From contig CALMLO010000006.1 of assembly GCA_937868095.1 (NCBI GenBank), positions 1,791 to 65,790 of the forward strand: 64,000 nt of DNA, in the 5' to 3' direction. The notes beneath the pieces were generated by a model that saw only the letters and a program-made list of their open reading frames with translations, was not told the DNA's origin and searched no databases. Made by a program: the position numbers and the translations under genes. This document shows, in pieces, positions 46,239 through 56,436 of this stretch. The DNA comes from an uncultured Phycisphaerales bacterium (lineage in GTDB: Bacteria; Planctomycetota; Phycisphaerae; Sedimentisphaerales; Anaerohalosphaeraceae). Position 1 is the stretch's first letter. Each line of letters begins with the position of its first letter.

Positions 46239-46874
46239 ATGAGGATTATAGCTGGTTCACGACGCGGAATGCGGCTCTTTTCTCCGATAGGGCGAGAGAC
46301 CCGGCCCATTACCGATCGTGTCAAAGAGTCGGTCTTCAACATTATGATGAAGTGGGATCTGCCCGCCGATGCCGTTGTGGCAGACTTATTCTGCGGCACC
46401 GGTTCCCTGGGGCTGGAGGCACTCAGCAGAGGGGCCAAATGGGTAACATTTGTCGAGCAGAATCGCAAAACTGTAGAGATTCTGGATAGAAATATAACAA
46501 AAGCCGGCTTTCTCCAGTCCTCTCGTACGATTTGCTATAATGCCTTTAAGATAGGGGCGGCCGTTCAGGAAGAGATGTATGACTTGGTCTTTGTGGACCC
46601 TCCCTACGAGATGAGCCGAAACTGTGATATAGCCACTGATATTTATATGCTGATGAAGAAAATTAACCTTCAGGTCAAGGAAGGGGGCATGGTTCTCCTT
46701 CGCACCCATCTGCGTTCCCTCGTTCTTGACCTGTATGGCCGGCTGGAAAGAATTGACAAACGCGAATGGGGCGATATGAAGGTTTCCTTCTTCAAAAAGC
46801 AATCTCAAGAGAAACTCCTCGAAGATCTCGACAAACTCGTCGAATCGGATAAATTGATTCAAGACAGTTTATAG
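46239..46874 (+). CDS. rsmD: 16S rRNA (guanine966-N2)-methyltransferase
   Basis: Motifs MRIIAGSRRGMRL..TRPITDRVKESVFN..DLFCGTGSLGLEALSRGA..VFVDPPY (SAM and DPPY motifs). The start was chosen inside ORF 46035-46874. Confidence 0.85.
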   Translation: MRIIAGSRRGMRLFSPIGRETRPITDRVKESVFNIMMKWDLPADAVVADLFCGTGSLGLEALSRGAKWVTFVEQNRKTVEILDRNITKAGFLQSSRTICYNAFKIGAAVQEEMYDLVFVDPPYEMSRNCDIATDIYMLMKKINLQVKEGGMVLLRTHLRSLVLDLYGRLERIDKREWGDMKVSFFKKQSQEKLLEDLDKLVESDKLIQDSL

Positions 46875-46885
46875 GATTACGATAT

Positions 46886-47233
46886 ATGAGGATATTATTA
46901 GTCGAAAGCCATGAAACCTTTGCTCATGTGGTTGTTGGTGCCTTCCTGAAAGAACACGAAGTGGTGATTTGCTCCTTGGTTACGGATGCCCAGCATGAGT
47001 TTGACATAGGCGGCTTCGACGTAGTGATGGTCGATTACGATTTGGCCGACTCCAAAGGAACCGAGTTAGTTAAATATATCCGCAGATCAGGATATGATAT
47101 CCCCATTATCGGCATCTCAGCAAAAGATGAGGCCAATGAGCTGCTTTTGACGGCCGGCGCCAGTGATGTCTGCAATAAGATGGATTTCGATCGCATTGGA
47201 GATGTACTGGCCAAACTCGGCTTGAAGTTATAA
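46886..47233 (+). CDS. single-domain response-regulator receiver protein (CheY-like)
   Basis: MRILLVESHE..FDVVMVDYDLADSKG..IPIIGISAK fits a receiver fold with the phospho-acceptor Asp and conserved Lys. The N-terminal acidic pair is degenerate (ES instead of DD). Confidence 0.7.
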   Translation: MRILLVESHETFAHVVVGAFLKEHEVVICSLVTDAQHEFDIGGFDVVMVDYDLADSKGTELVKYIRRSGYDIPIIGISAKDEANELLLTAGASDVCNKMDFDRIGDVLAKLGLKL

Positions 47234-47422
47234 AAAGTCCGGACCGGCGATGGGTCGAACCGGCCCGGACCGGGCGAAACGAGGCCGCAAGAGAAGAGAG
47301 TTTGGACTTTTTTATCTTAATATAAGACCTGTAAACTCTTCTATTCCGTTCTAAAAACCCCCAATTTCGACCGCTGAATAAATAATAGAAAATGTGGGAA
47401 GGACGGGCAAACGGAAGAGCGG

Positions 47423-48274
47423 CTATTCTTCCGGATTTTGCAGCAATTCTTCGGTGGGTTCAGGTTGCTTTTCAGACGCCGGCTTTGGTTTCCGCAAAGC
47501 CCCTTTCGGCTGAGGGCAGCTTCGCAGAAGTCCCTTAATATGACCGATGGTCAGTTCTTTATACCCCCCAAGCGGAATGCCCTTGATGCTCAGATTACCC
47601 AACTTTGTCCGTTTCAGTGATTTTACTTTAAACCCCAACTTGGCGAAGGAGCGTCTGATTTGCCGATTTAATCCCTGTTTAATCGTGATTTCCAGAGAAG
47701 TCTGAAGATTCGTACGCCGCAAAACCTTCACACCAGCCCCGGCTGTTTTCCCCTCAGAAAGCCATATCCCCTTTTTTAGTTTCTCGATATGCTGGCTCTC
47801 CATTCTCCCGTTCACCTCGACCTCGTACGTCTTGGGAACCTTAAAACTTGGATGGGTAATTTGGTGAACCAGCTCCGTATCATTGGTCAGCAGCAGCGCC
47901 CCGGTAGTATCAGCATCCAGCCGGCCTGCGCAGACAATCCGTTTATTGCAGGGAATCAAATCTACCGCCTGTCGTCGCCCCAGCGGGTCATAACTGGTGC
48001 AAATTACATTTTTGGGTTTGTTCAGCAGAAAATAGCACTTTTCGGGCTGTCGAATCCGCTCTCCGTGGACTCGAATATCATCCTTTTCAGGGTCAGCAAA
48101 TGCCGGCAGTTGGTTGACCACCTCCCCATTGACCGTCACAGCCCCTTCAAGAATCAACGCCTCGCATTTTCGACGCGAATCAATTCCGGCAGCCGCTAAA
48201 ATGCGCTGAAGCCGCTGCTGCCCCGATTTGGGAGAATCCGGCTCTTGTGGAGACATATCTTTTTTCTTTCTCAT
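47423..48274 (-). CDS. rluB: pseudouridine synthase, RsuA/RluB family (S4 domain + catalytic domain)
   Basis: S4-like N-terminus (RLQRILAAAGIDSRRKCEALILEGAVTVNGE), catalytic motif AGRLDADTTGALLLTND and a basic C-terminal tail. ATG 48274 was chosen over the TTG at 48286. Confidence 0.8.
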   Translation of the reverse strand: MRKKKDMSPQEPDSPKSGQQRLQRILAAAGIDSRRKCEALILEGAVTVNGEVVNQLPAFADPEKDDIRVHGERIRQPEKCYFLLNKPKNVICTSYDPLGRRQAVDLIPCNKRIVCAGRLDADTTGALLLTNDTELVHQITHPSFKVPKTYEVEVNGRMESQHIEKLKKGIWLSEGKTAGAGVKVLRRTNLQTSLEITIKQGLNRQIRRSFAKLGFKVKSLKRTKLGNLSIKGIPLGGYKELTIGHIKGLLRSCPQPKGALRKPKPASEKQPEPTEELLQNPEE

Positions 48275-48460
48275 AAGAGAGGACAATATACCACATCAGA
48301 TGCCGCCGTTCAAGAGAAGGTTTTCTTGTGAAAACCTCCCTCTTTTACCCCTTTTTTGTTGACACATCAGGGGTTGGCGGTGATATTATCGTCTTTACGA
48401 TTCTTTTCCCCCAGTTGGGCGGTGAGGTGATAACGAACGTTTGAGTAAGGAGTTATAAGC

Positions 48461-49891
48461 ATGGCTGTACGAGCCGGACAGAGTAATGCGATGAAAATCG
48501 CCCTCGTAACCTTTGTTATTCTTTTTCTCATCGCGGCTGCTTTGGCTGTTATCTTTTACCTCCAGGTGGAAGAATACAGGGGGGCTGAAGTAGCTGCCCG
48601 AGCGGATTTAGCGAAGTTTGCTGCCCCGGCTGAACAGACTGCCATTACTCGAATTGTCGGCAAGCCGGAAGCCGGCAAGAGTTATCTGGGAACGTTGAAT
48701 GGCCTCTTCAATCAGCTTGTACGGATTATTCTCGGCGTCGAACCTGACGAAAATACGCCTGCAACAGTCAAAGTCAACACCATTGCTTTGGCTGTTAACG
48801 AATTGCAGGAAACACTCGGCCCCGATCTGAATCCCGCCTACGGCCCCAATGGGATTGCTCTGATTCAGACCATCGCCGAACTCAAAAAGACCCTCGATTT
48901 GGCGCGTCAGGAAAAGGAGACCCTCAATCAGCAGTACCAGCAGCTCCATACCGACTTTACACTGGCTGCCCAGCAAGCCCTTATCCGTGAAGAAAAACTC
49001 CGCCAGGAAGCGCTTCTGTACCAGCAGAATGCCAATGAAATCCAGGCCCGATATGATCAGCTCAAAAAAGAGATGGAGATGTCTGCCGACCAGCAGCTTC
49101 AGACCCTCCGGAACCGTCTCGAGGAAGAGCAGGCCAAACTTCGTCAAAAACAGCTGGAACTGGTTGAAACCCAGGAAAAACTTGCTCAGACCGAAGCAGC
49201 CCTCCGGGAAGCCATGAAAAAGATTGAAGGCATCAAACCCAAGCCCAATGTAGCGGCCGCGGCCTTTAAGCCCGATGCCAAAATCCTGCAAATTGACTTC
49301 CAAAAAGGAGTCCTTTACCTCAATGTAGGGATGGAGGACCACGTCTATCGAGGTCTGACCTTTGCTGTGTATGACCGCAATGCACCGCTGCCCGACGACG
49401 GCAAGGGCAAGGCCGAAATTGAAGTTTTCCAGGTCAGCCAGAATGTCTGCGCTGCCCGGATTCTCACTTCCAGCGTTAAGAATCCTATCGTTCTTGACGA
49501 CATTGTCGCCAACCTGATCTGGGACCCAAAAACCAGCAATCACTTTTATGTAGCCGGCGAGTTTGACCTCAATGGCGACGGTTTTCCCGAAGACGATGGG
49601 GCCGAGCGGATTCGGGATATGATTCTCCGCTGGGGCGGCACCATGGATGAAGAGATTACCGTGAATACCGATTTTATCATTATGGGAGATCCGCCGCGAC
49701 GCCTTCTGCCTCCCTCTCAGGCCGAGATCGACAGGAATCCAACTGCTCAGCAGCGATATGAGGAATCGTTAGCCCGAGCTGCCCAGTACGATGCACTCGT
49801 GCAGAAGGCGGAGGTTCTTTCTATTCCCATCTTCAACCTCAAGCAGTTCTATTATCTGCTGGGCTATGAAACGCTGGCGTCCAGGAATTAA
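48461..49891 (+). CDS. membrane-anchored coiled-coil protein of unknown function with a possible BRCT-like C-terminus
   Basis: It has an N-terminal TM helix (IALVTFVILFLIAAALAVIFYL) and about 200 aa of heptad-like Q/E/K/L-rich sequence. The C-terminus is FYVAGEFD..IRDMILRWGGTMDEEITVNTDFIIMG..VLSIPIFNLKQFYYLLG. Confidence 0.7.
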   Translation: MAVRAGQSNAMKIALVTFVILFLIAAALAVIFYLQVEEYRGAEVAARADLAKFAAPAEQTAITRIVGKPEAGKSYLGTLNGLFNQLVRIILGVEPDENTPATVKVNTIALAVNELQETLGPDLNPAYGPNGIALIQTIAELKKTLDLARQEKETLNQQYQQLHTDFTLAAQQALIREEKLRQEALLYQQNANEIQARYDQLKKEMEMSADQQLQTLRNRLEEEQAKLRQKQLELVETQEKLAQTEAALREAMKKIEGIKPKPNVAAAAFKPDAKILQIDFQKGVLYLNVGMEDHVYRGLTFAVYDRNAPLPDDGKGKAEIEVFQVSQNVCAARILTSSVKNPIVLDDIVANLIWDPKTSNHFYVAGEFDLNGDGFPEDDGAERIRDMILRWGGTMDEEITVNTDFIIMGDPPRRLLPPSQAEIDRNPTAQQRYEESLARAAQYDALVQKAEVLSIPIFNLKQFYYLLGYETLASRN

Positions 49892-49911
49892 AATTGTTAC
49901 CAGGTCTTTTC

Positions 49912-49941
49912 AAAGGCGGCTTTTTCAGCCGCCTTTTTTTT
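49912..49941 (+). terminator. rho-independent terminator (its 3' arm overlaps the stop region of the convergent nnrE)
   Basis: Perfect 10-bp stem AAAGGCGGCT / AGCCGCCTTT with a 5-nt loop, followed by a T run extending to 49941. Confidence 0.8.
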
Positions 49942-50653
49942 GCTGTGCCTTCCAGAAGGCCGGTGAGATGCCGATAGAGGCAGCATAAACAGTTCCGGTT
50001 GCCTCTCGGCTCTCTGGGCAGCGGACAAAACCCTGTTTTAAGGCCGCGAAGGTCACTGTGACGGCTGCCTGAATACACACCGGCAGGGGAACACCCTCGT
50101 CGCAATCCAGACCTGACGGAATATCGACTGCCAAAATGGGCTTTTCTGCTGCATTGATCGCACAGATGAGTTCAGCTGTCTCCTCGTTCAGCATTCCTTC
50201 CAGGCCTGTCCCAAGCAGTGCATCCACAATCCAGTCCGCCTCCTTCGTGAGTTTCCGCACCGTTGTGAACACGCAATCGCCGGTGTTGAGCGTTGATACA
50301 TCCAGACCCATTGCCTCGGCAATGGCCAAATGCAGCCGCGCGTCTGCCCCTATCCGTTCTCGGCGTCCGCACAAAACAATAGCAGGCCGCAGCCCTGCAT
50401 TGGCCAGATGGCGGGCAATGACAAAACCGTCTCCTCCGTTATTGCCGGACCCGCAGAAAAGCACCACCTTAGCGGAGGAAGGATTCTTCATCTGCTCAAG
50501 AAGACACTCTGCCCCGCCCCGGCCGGCATTTTCCATCAGGACGGCTCCTGGAATGTGCATTTGCTCGACAGCCCATTTGTCAAAGGCCCGCACTTCCTGC
50601 CGGCTCATCACCCCCAACTGGTTTGTGTTGGTTCCATCCCATAAATGAATCAT
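49925..50653 (-). CDS. nnrE: NAD(P)H-hydrate epimerase (YjeF N-terminal domain only)
   Basis: Motifs LMENAGRGGAE..VVLFCGSGNNGGDGFVIARHLANAG..AVDIPSGLDCD. Confidence 0.8.
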   Translation of the reverse strand: MIHLWDGTNTNQLGVMSRQEVRAFDKWAVEQMHIPGAVLMENAGRGGAECLLEQMKNPSSAKVVLFCGSGNNGGDGFVIARHLANAGLRPAIVLCGRRERIGADARLHLAIAEAMGLDVSTLNTGDCVFTTVRKLTKEADWIVDALLGTGLEGMLNEETAELICAINAAEKPILAVDIPSGLDCDEGVPLPVCIQAAVTVTFAALKQGFVRCPESREATGTVYAASIGISPAFWKAQQKKGG

Positions 50654-50811
50654 ACCCTCATTATACCTTCTCGGGCTGGCGGTTCAACTATTGGAAAGGG
50701 CGTTTCTTGCGGCCCGAACTCTTGCCGGCTGTTTGGAAAACCATCCTCTCCAAGACCGGAAAAATAAAAATCTGCTCTGAAAACTCTTTGCGAAAAAAGA
50801 GTTAAAAACGG

Positions 50812-50840
50812 TTGATAACTCGCATTCCTTCTGGTATAAT
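50812..50840 (+). promoter_or_regulatory. near-consensus sigma70 promoter for rpsO
   Basis: TTGATA (50812-50817), exactly 17-nt spacer, TATAAT (50835-50840). It lies about 100 nt upstream of ATG 50941. Confidence 0.7.
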
Positions 50841-50940
50841 TACCGCTTCAGAATGGGAAAAAATGAATGTAAGATATGTAAAAGAAAAGACTTAAGGAGC
50901 CATTGGGGCTCTGAAATGGTGTGGAAAGGCAAAGGAAAAG

Positions 50941-51207
50941 ATGTTGACAAAGGAAATGAAGGGAAAAATCATTGCCGATTATAAGACCAATGAGAAAGAC
51001 ACCGGTTCGCCGGAAGTGCAGATTGCCATTTTAACTGGCCGGATTAACGAACTGACTGAGCATCTCAAAACTCACCCCAAAGATCACTCCTCCCGTCGAG
51101 GACTGTTGAAAATGGTAGGGACTCGCTCGTCCCTGCTCAAATATATCCGGAACAAGGATATCACTCGCTATCGTAATATCATTTCCCGGTTGGGTCTGCG
51201 GAAGTAG
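50941..51207 (+). CDS. rpsO: 30S ribosomal protein S15
   Basis: 88 aa with [45 protein letters not shown]. It sits in the conserved rpsO-pnp arrangement. Confidence 0.97.
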   Translation: MLTKEMKGKIIADYKTNEKDTGSPEVQIAILTGRINELTEHLKTHPKDHSSRRGLLKMVGTRSSLLKYIRNKDITRYRNIISRLGLRK

Positions 51208-51228
51208 CCGACCTAAGGTTGTTCTTTG

Positions 51229-51253
51229 GAAACCGCAACGGGTTTGTTTTTTT
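51229..51253 (+). terminator. possible weak terminator/attenuator between rpsO and pnp
   Basis: GAAACCG-CAA-CGGGTTT forms a stem with one bulge, followed by GTTTTTTT. Confidence 0.45.
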
Positions 51254-51308
51254 GGAAAATCGACTTTGTAGATAGACAAAAAGGAAGTTATTCAATAGGA
51301 AAAATCGA

Positions 51309-53450
51309 ATGTTTTCAATCCATAGAGTAGAAAAAGAAATCGGCGGCAAGGTACTTTCGCTCGAAACAGGCCGAATTGCCCGTCAGGCACATGGAGCTGT
51401 CGTAGCGCAAATCGGAGAGACGATGGTCCTCGCTACCGTCGTATCATCACCCCAAACGGCGGAGGATATTGACTATTTTCCGTTAAGTGTTGAATATAGA
51501 GAAAAATACAGTGCTGCCGGACGTTTCCCTGGCGGCTTTCTCAAACGGGAAGGACGACCCTCGACAAAAGAAATCTTGACCGCACGAATGATTGACCGTC
51601 CTCTTCGCCCCCTTTTCCCCGACGGCTATTTTGATGAAGTTCAGGTTTTTGCCAGCGTCCTCAGTGCCGATCCGCTTTATGACCCCGATGTCCTGGCGAT
51701 GATTGCCTCCAGCGCGGCTCTGGCCATCAGCAAGATTCCTTTTCTGGGGCCGCTGGGAGCATGCCGCCTAAGCAGGATAGAAGGCAAGCATGTCTTTTTC
51801 CCAACCTATGAGGAGCAGGACAAAAGCGATTTTAATCTCATCCTCGCCGGCCGCCGCGAAGCGGTCAATATGATTGAAGTAGATGCCAAACAAATTCCCG
51901 AAAAGGAAGCAGCCGACGCCATTGCCCATGCACACCAGGTTGTCTGTCAGGTATGCGATTTAATTGATGAACTGGTGGCTCGATGCGGCCAGCAAAAGGA
52001 AGGGGCCGTAGCAGAACTGAATCCTCAGCTGATTCAGGAAATTACGCAGCGTACCGCCGACGATTATCGTCGTGCTTATCAGATTCAGCCAAAGGGGGAG
52101 CGGATTGAGGCCTTAAACAAAATCGCCGAACAAATTATTGCAGAGTATGCAGCACCAGAGACGGGGGCACCGCGTGCATCGCTTCGGGATATTGTGCGGA
52201 TTTTGGACAAAGTGCAGCGGACGGTGGTTCGCAAACTGCTGCTGGAGGGCAAACGCCCTGATGGACGCGGCTTTACAGACATTCGTCCGATTTCTTGTGA
52301 AGTGGGGCTTTTGCCTCGCTCCCATGGCTCCGCGCTGTTTACCCGCGGCGAAACGCAGGCACTGGTAACCTGCACTCTGGGGACAGGCCGCGACGAGCAG
52401 ACTGTTGACGGCCTGACGGAAGAGTATGCCCAGAGTTTCATGCTCCACTATAACTTCCCGCCGTTTTGCGTAGGGGAGGTCCGGCCGGTCCGAGGACCCA
52501 GCCGTCGAGAAATCGGCCACGGAGCCCTGGCCGAAAAAGCCCTCGAACAGGTCAAACCCACCGAAGAAGAATTCCCTTATACAATCAAAATTGTTTCGGA
52601 TATTACCGAATCCAACGGCTCCAGTTCCATGGCTTCCGTCTGCGGCGGAACTCTCGCCCTCATGGATGCAGGAGTCCCCATTAAAAAACCGGTGGCGGGA
52701 ATTTCCATCGGCTTGGTGTCAGAGGGTTCTCGCTATGAACTGCTGACGGATATTATTGGCGATGAAGACCATTACGGCGATATGGATTTCAAAATTGCCG
52801 GAACCGATACAGGCATTACGGCAATTCAGTTGGATATCAAGGCCGAAGGGCTTTCGCATGAGATCATGGTGGAGGCGATGGAACGCGCCCGTCGGGCCCG
52901 CCTCCAAATTCTTGAGATTATGAAGAAGACGATCGAGAAACCTCGTCCGTCTTTAAGCCCGTATGCCCCCAAGATTATCACAATCAAAATCGATCCGGAG
53001 TATATCGGCAAGGTAATCGGCCCCTCCGGAAAGATGGTCAAGAGCATCCAGGAGCAGACTGGCTCGCTGATTGAAATCGAAGAAGACGGAACAATTTCGA
53101 TTAGTTGCGTCGGCGGAAACGGCCACTTGGTCGCACGCGATATTATCGAAGCCATGACAACGCCGCCGCAGGTGGGACGCGTTTACCGGAATGCCAAAGT
53201 CGTAGCAGCAAAAGATTTTGGCGTCTTTGTCGAAATTACCCCAGGCGTAGAAGGTTTGTGTCATATCAGCGAACTGTCCGACGGCTATGTCAAGAACGTG
53301 CAGGATGTATGCAAAGTCGGCGATACCATCGACGTGAAACTGATTTCGATTGACGAGCAGGGACGCTTTAAATTGAGCCGGAAAGCCGCTCTTCTCGAGA
53401 CCGAAAAAAACGAAAAAAGTAAGGCGAGTCAAGTCCAGCAGGACTCGTAA
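51309..53450 (+). CDS. pnp: polyribonucleotide nucleotidyltransferase (PNPase)
   Basis: 713 aa with two RNase PH-like domains (FPLSVEYREKYSAAGRFPGGFLKREGRPS; DGRGFTDIRPISCEVGLLPRSHGSALFTRGETQ) and KH plus S1 domains (GKVIGPSGKMVKSIQE; GVFVEITPGVEGLCHISEL). Confidence 0.97.
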   Translation: MFSIHRVEKEIGGKVLSLETGRIARQAHGAVVAQIGETMVLATVVSSPQTAEDIDYFPLSVEYREKYSAAGRFPGGFLKREGRPSTKEILTARMIDRPLRPLFPDGYFDEVQVFASVLSADPLYDPDVLAMIASSAALAISKIPFLGPLGACRLSRIEGKHVFFPTYEEQDKSDFNLILAGRREAVNMIEVDAKQIPEKEAADAIAHAHQVVCQVCDLIDELVARCGQQKEGAVAELNPQLIQEITQRTADDYRRAYQIQPKGERIEALNKIAEQIIAEYAAPETGAPRASLRDIVRILDKVQRTVVRKLLLEGKRPDGRGFTDIRPISCEVGLLPRSHGSALFTRGETQALVTCTLGTGRDEQTVDGLTEEYAQSFMLHYNFPPFCVGEVRPVRGPSRREIGHGALAEKALEQVKPTEEEFPYTIKIVSDITESNGSSSMASVCGGTLALMDAGVPIKKPVAGISIGLVSEGSRYELLTDIIGDEDHYGDMDFKIAGTDTGITAIQLDIKAEGLSHEIMVEAMERARRARLQILEIMKKTIEKPRPSLSPYAPKIITIKIDPEYIGKVIGPSGKMVKSIQEQTGSLIEIEEDGTISISCVGGNGHLVARDIIEAMTTPPQVGRVYRNAKVVAAKDFGVFVEITPGVEGLCHISELSDGYVKNVQDVCKVGDTIDVKLISIDEQGRFKLSRKAALLETEKNEKSKASQVQQDS

Positions 53451-53818
53451 GGTCATTCTCGAAAGAGACTTGCCGGCAGGGCGGCTGAAGCATCCAACCT
53501 CGTTCCATTCACGGAATGAATGGACAAAGGATGACTGAAAAAGTCCGAAAGGTTGATGATGCGCGGGAGTTGGCATGTGTTTCTGTCCGGACAGACAGGG
53601 CGGTTTGTCCGGTAAATAGGAATGAACCAGAAAGGGCAGGGGACATCTGCTTCACGCCAATTTGTTAAGCAAGCATGAATTGAATCCCCTGAGTGTTCAC
53701 ATCAAAAGCGTCTGGCTGATCAGGGAAGGCCTTTTGCCAAAGAAAACAGCTCGGCAGACAGCAAGAACATTCAGGGCTGAAATCCGAAAAATAATGATAA
53801 CTTCTATCTTGATACGCG

Positions 53819-55285
53819 ATGGCTGCAAAACCGATTATCTTAGTTGCTGATGAAGAACGTCAGCATGCGGACTTGCTGGAAAAGTTGTTTTCCGATTCGA
53901 TTCAGATTATCTGGGCGCCGACCACTCGGCAGGCCCTGGAGTCCCTCCAGCAGGAAGAACCCTGTCTGATGATTTGCGATGTAAATCTGAATGACGGCGC
54001 CGATGGATTTGTTTTGCTGGAAGCAGTCAAACAGCGTCGGGCCGGCATTCCCGTTGTAATTACATCCTCCTCCCCTTCGATTGAAATCTGCAAACAGGCA
54101 ATCCGGCGGGGGGCCTGGGATTTTTTGGTCAAGCCGGTAGAACCCGAGCGGCTGCGCAGTCTCGTGGAACAGGCGGTGCCCGCAGCCAAACAGACCCGGG
54201 CAGTGGATGATTTTGTTTTCAAAGGAGTTTACAGCCGCAGCCCCCTGATGCAAAGTGTTTACCGAATTCTCCGTCGCGTTGCCCCCACCGATTTAAGCGT
54301 GCTGATTGAGGGCGAATCGGGTACCGGCAAAGAACTGACCGCCCGCGCTATTCACGACAACTCACGCCGGCAGAAAGGTCCTTTCTGCCCGATTAATTGT
54401 GCAGGACTGGCAGAGACGCTTCTCGAAAGTGAACTGTTCGGCCATGTAAAGGGGGCCTTCACCGGCGCAACCAGCGATCGAAAAGGGCTTTTTCAACTGG
54501 CGGACGGCGGCACACTCTTTTTGGACGAGATTGGAGATATGCCCCTTCCCATGCAGGCCAAACTCCTGCGGGTTCTCGAGGATGGCATCGTTCGTCCGGT
54601 CGGGGCAACCCGGTCAGTTGTGGTGGATGTACGCGTCATCAGCGCGACCAATTGCAATTTGGCAGCGCTGGTGGAAGAAAAAAAGTTTCGGCAGGATTTG
54701 TATTTCCGAATCAAGGAAGCAGCGGTCACCCTGCCTCCCTTGCGAAAACGGCCGCAGGATATTCCTGAACTGTTTGGATATTTTCTCAAAGAGGCCTGCG
54801 AAGAAACCGGACGGGATATTCATCTGATAACTGAACCGGCGATGCGTACTCTCATGAGCTACTCGTGGCCCGGAAACATTCGTCAGTTGCGAAATGTCAT
54901 CCGCACAATGGTGGTGATGTGCGACAAAGATATTCTGGATTTGCGGGATTTGCCCCCGGAAATCTCATGCCTGAAACAGTTGGGAGCACCTGACCAGAGC
55001 AGCCGCCCGCCAATCCTCACATCCGCATCCGTTGACAGCGCTCCCTCAGGATTCGACGTCCCGGCAGGCGAACCCATCGATTTGAATGCTTTCACGGCAC
55101 AGCCGGCCGAAACAGAATCCGATTCTTTGCTGAATAAAATGGCAGGAAAATCACTCGAAGAAGTCGAACGGGAACACATCCGCCGAACCCTTGAGATGAC
55201 CGGTCATAATCGTGCCGAGGCCGCCCGCATCCTGAAAATCGGCGAGCGGACGCTGTATCGGAAAATCAAAGAATACAGTTTATAG
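53819..55285 (+). CDS. sigma-54-dependent response regulator (NtrC family: receiver + AAA+ + Fis-type HTH)
   Basis: Receiver [12 protein letters not shown]..; AAA+ motifs [19 protein letters not shown] and [12 protein letters not shown]; C-terminal [25 protein letters not shown]. Confidence 0.9.
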   Translation: MAAKPIILVADEERQHADLLEKLFSDSIQIIWAPTTRQALESLQQEEPCLMICDVNLNDGADGFVLLEAVKQRRAGIPVVITSSSPSIEICKQAIRRGAWDFLVKPVEPERLRSLVEQAVPAAKQTRAVDDFVFKGVYSRSPLMQSVYRILRRVAPTDLSVLIEGESGTGKELTARAIHDNSRRQKGPFCPINCAGLAETLLESELFGHVKGAFTGATSDRKGLFQLADGGTLFLDEIGDMPLPMQAKLLRVLEDGIVRPVGATRSVVVDVRVISATNCNLAALVEEKKFRQDLYFRIKEAAVTLPPLRKRPQDIPELFGYFLKEACEETGRDIHLITEPAMRTLMSYSWPGNIRQLRNVIRTMVVMCDKDILDLRDLPPEISCLKQLGAPDQSSRPPILTSASVDSAPSGFDVPAGEPIDLNAFTAQPAETESDSLLNKMAGKSLEEVEREHIRRTLEMTGHNRAEAARILKIGERTLYRKIKEYSL

Positions 55286-56299
55286 GTCTCGCTCTACCGC
55301 TTGGGCAACTTTTCTAAGTTTCTGCATCAATTGCTGAAGGATGTCCGGCGTGATCGACTGGGCGCCGTCCGAAACGGCATGAACAGGATCGGGATGGCAC
55401 TCAATAATCAAACCATCGGCACCGGCGGCAATCGCAGCCAGGCACATCGAAGGCACCATATAGGCATGACCAGTGCCGTGGGAAGGGTCAATAATGACGG
55501 GCAAATGGGTGCGCTCCCGCAATGCAGGGATGGCAGCCAGCGACAGGGTATTGCGGACATGGTTTTCAAAAGTACGGATGCCGCGCTCGCAAAGGATAAC
55601 GTTCGGATTGCCTGCATTGATAATATATTCCGCCGCCAGAAGGAACTCGTCCAGCGTAGCACTCATTCCCCGTTTGAGTAAAACCGGTTTTTCGATTTGT
55701 CCCACGGCTTCCAGCAGAGGAAAATGCTGCATATTCCGAGCGCCGATTTGAAGCACATCCGCAAAAGCGAGCACTTCATCGAGCTGCTCAAGACCGGTAA
55801 CCTCCGTCACAACCGCCAGCCCTGTCTCCTCGCGCGCCTCCGCGAGAAGTTCAAGCCCCTTTTTGCCGAGTCCTTGATAACTGTAAGGGCTGGTGCGGGG
55901 TTTGAAAGCCCCGCCTCGAAGGCCGATACAGCCGGCATCCGCCGCTTGACGGGCGGTCTGAAGAATTTGCTCACGGCTTTCAACCGCACACGGCCCGGCA
56001 ATGACCCCGATTTTGGTCCCCCCCAGCGGAAACCGTTTCGGGCCGATGACAATGACGCTCTTTTCCTTTTTGAACTCGAGCGAAGCCATTTTATAAGGAG
56101 CCAGAATCGGCACAATTTTTTCAACCATCGGTGCATTTTCAATGGCCCCTTTGTCCACCGCCCGTTTATCGCCCAGACAGGCAATAACGGTACGATCAGT
56201 CCCATAGATGATATGGTCCTTCAGCCCATACTCCCGAACAAGATCAACAACATGCTGAATATGGGCCTCCGTGGCCCCCGGCTTCATTACGACGATCAT
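55280..56299 (-). CDS. 3-deoxy-7-phosphoheptulonate (DAHP) synthase, type I-beta, with an N-terminal ferredoxin-like regulatory domain
   Basis: N-terminus [21 protein letters not shown], then [58 protein letters not shown]. Confidence 0.85.
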   Translation of the reverse strand: MIVVMKPGATEAHIQHVVDLVREYGLKDHIIYGTDRTVIACLGDKRAVDKGAIENAPMVEKIVPILAPYKMASLEFKKEKSVIVIGPKRFPLGGTKIGVIAGPCAVESREQILQTARQAADAGCIGLRGGAFKPRTSPYSYQGLGKKGLELLAEAREETGLAVVTEVTGLEQLDEVLAFADVLQIGARNMQHFPLLEAVGQIEKPVLLKRGMSATLDEFLLAAEYIINAGNPNVILCERGIRTFENHVRNTLSLAAIPALRERTHLPVIIDPSHGTGHAYMVPSMCLAAIAAGADGLIIECHPDPVHAVSDGAQSITPDILQQLMQKLRKVAQAVERDL

Positions 56300-56436
56300 A
56301 AGTCTCTTCCTAATGATATCTTTTGAATGCTAAACAATACTTTATCGACAATCGACGCGATTTTCAAGAGAATAGACTTTTTGGAAAGATTTGACCCCGA
56401 CGGATTTGACAGGTAGAATGCAGCCCAGGCATAACT

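Noticed and set aside
53571-53586. A TGGCAT..TCTG sequence upstream of the NtrC-type regulator, considered as a sigma-54 promoter.
   Set aside because: The -12 element is wrong: TG sits where GC is required at GG-N10-GC spacing.
53451-53818. The 368-nt intergenic region after pnp, considered as a possible ncRNA; it contains a TCCATTCA/TGAATGGA hairpin and a CTGTCCGGACAG palindrome.
   Set aside because: I cannot match it to any RNA family from memory (6S, SRP, RNase P, tmRNA), and there are no clear promoter and terminator brackets. I have left it unannotated, and it is worth a cmscan.
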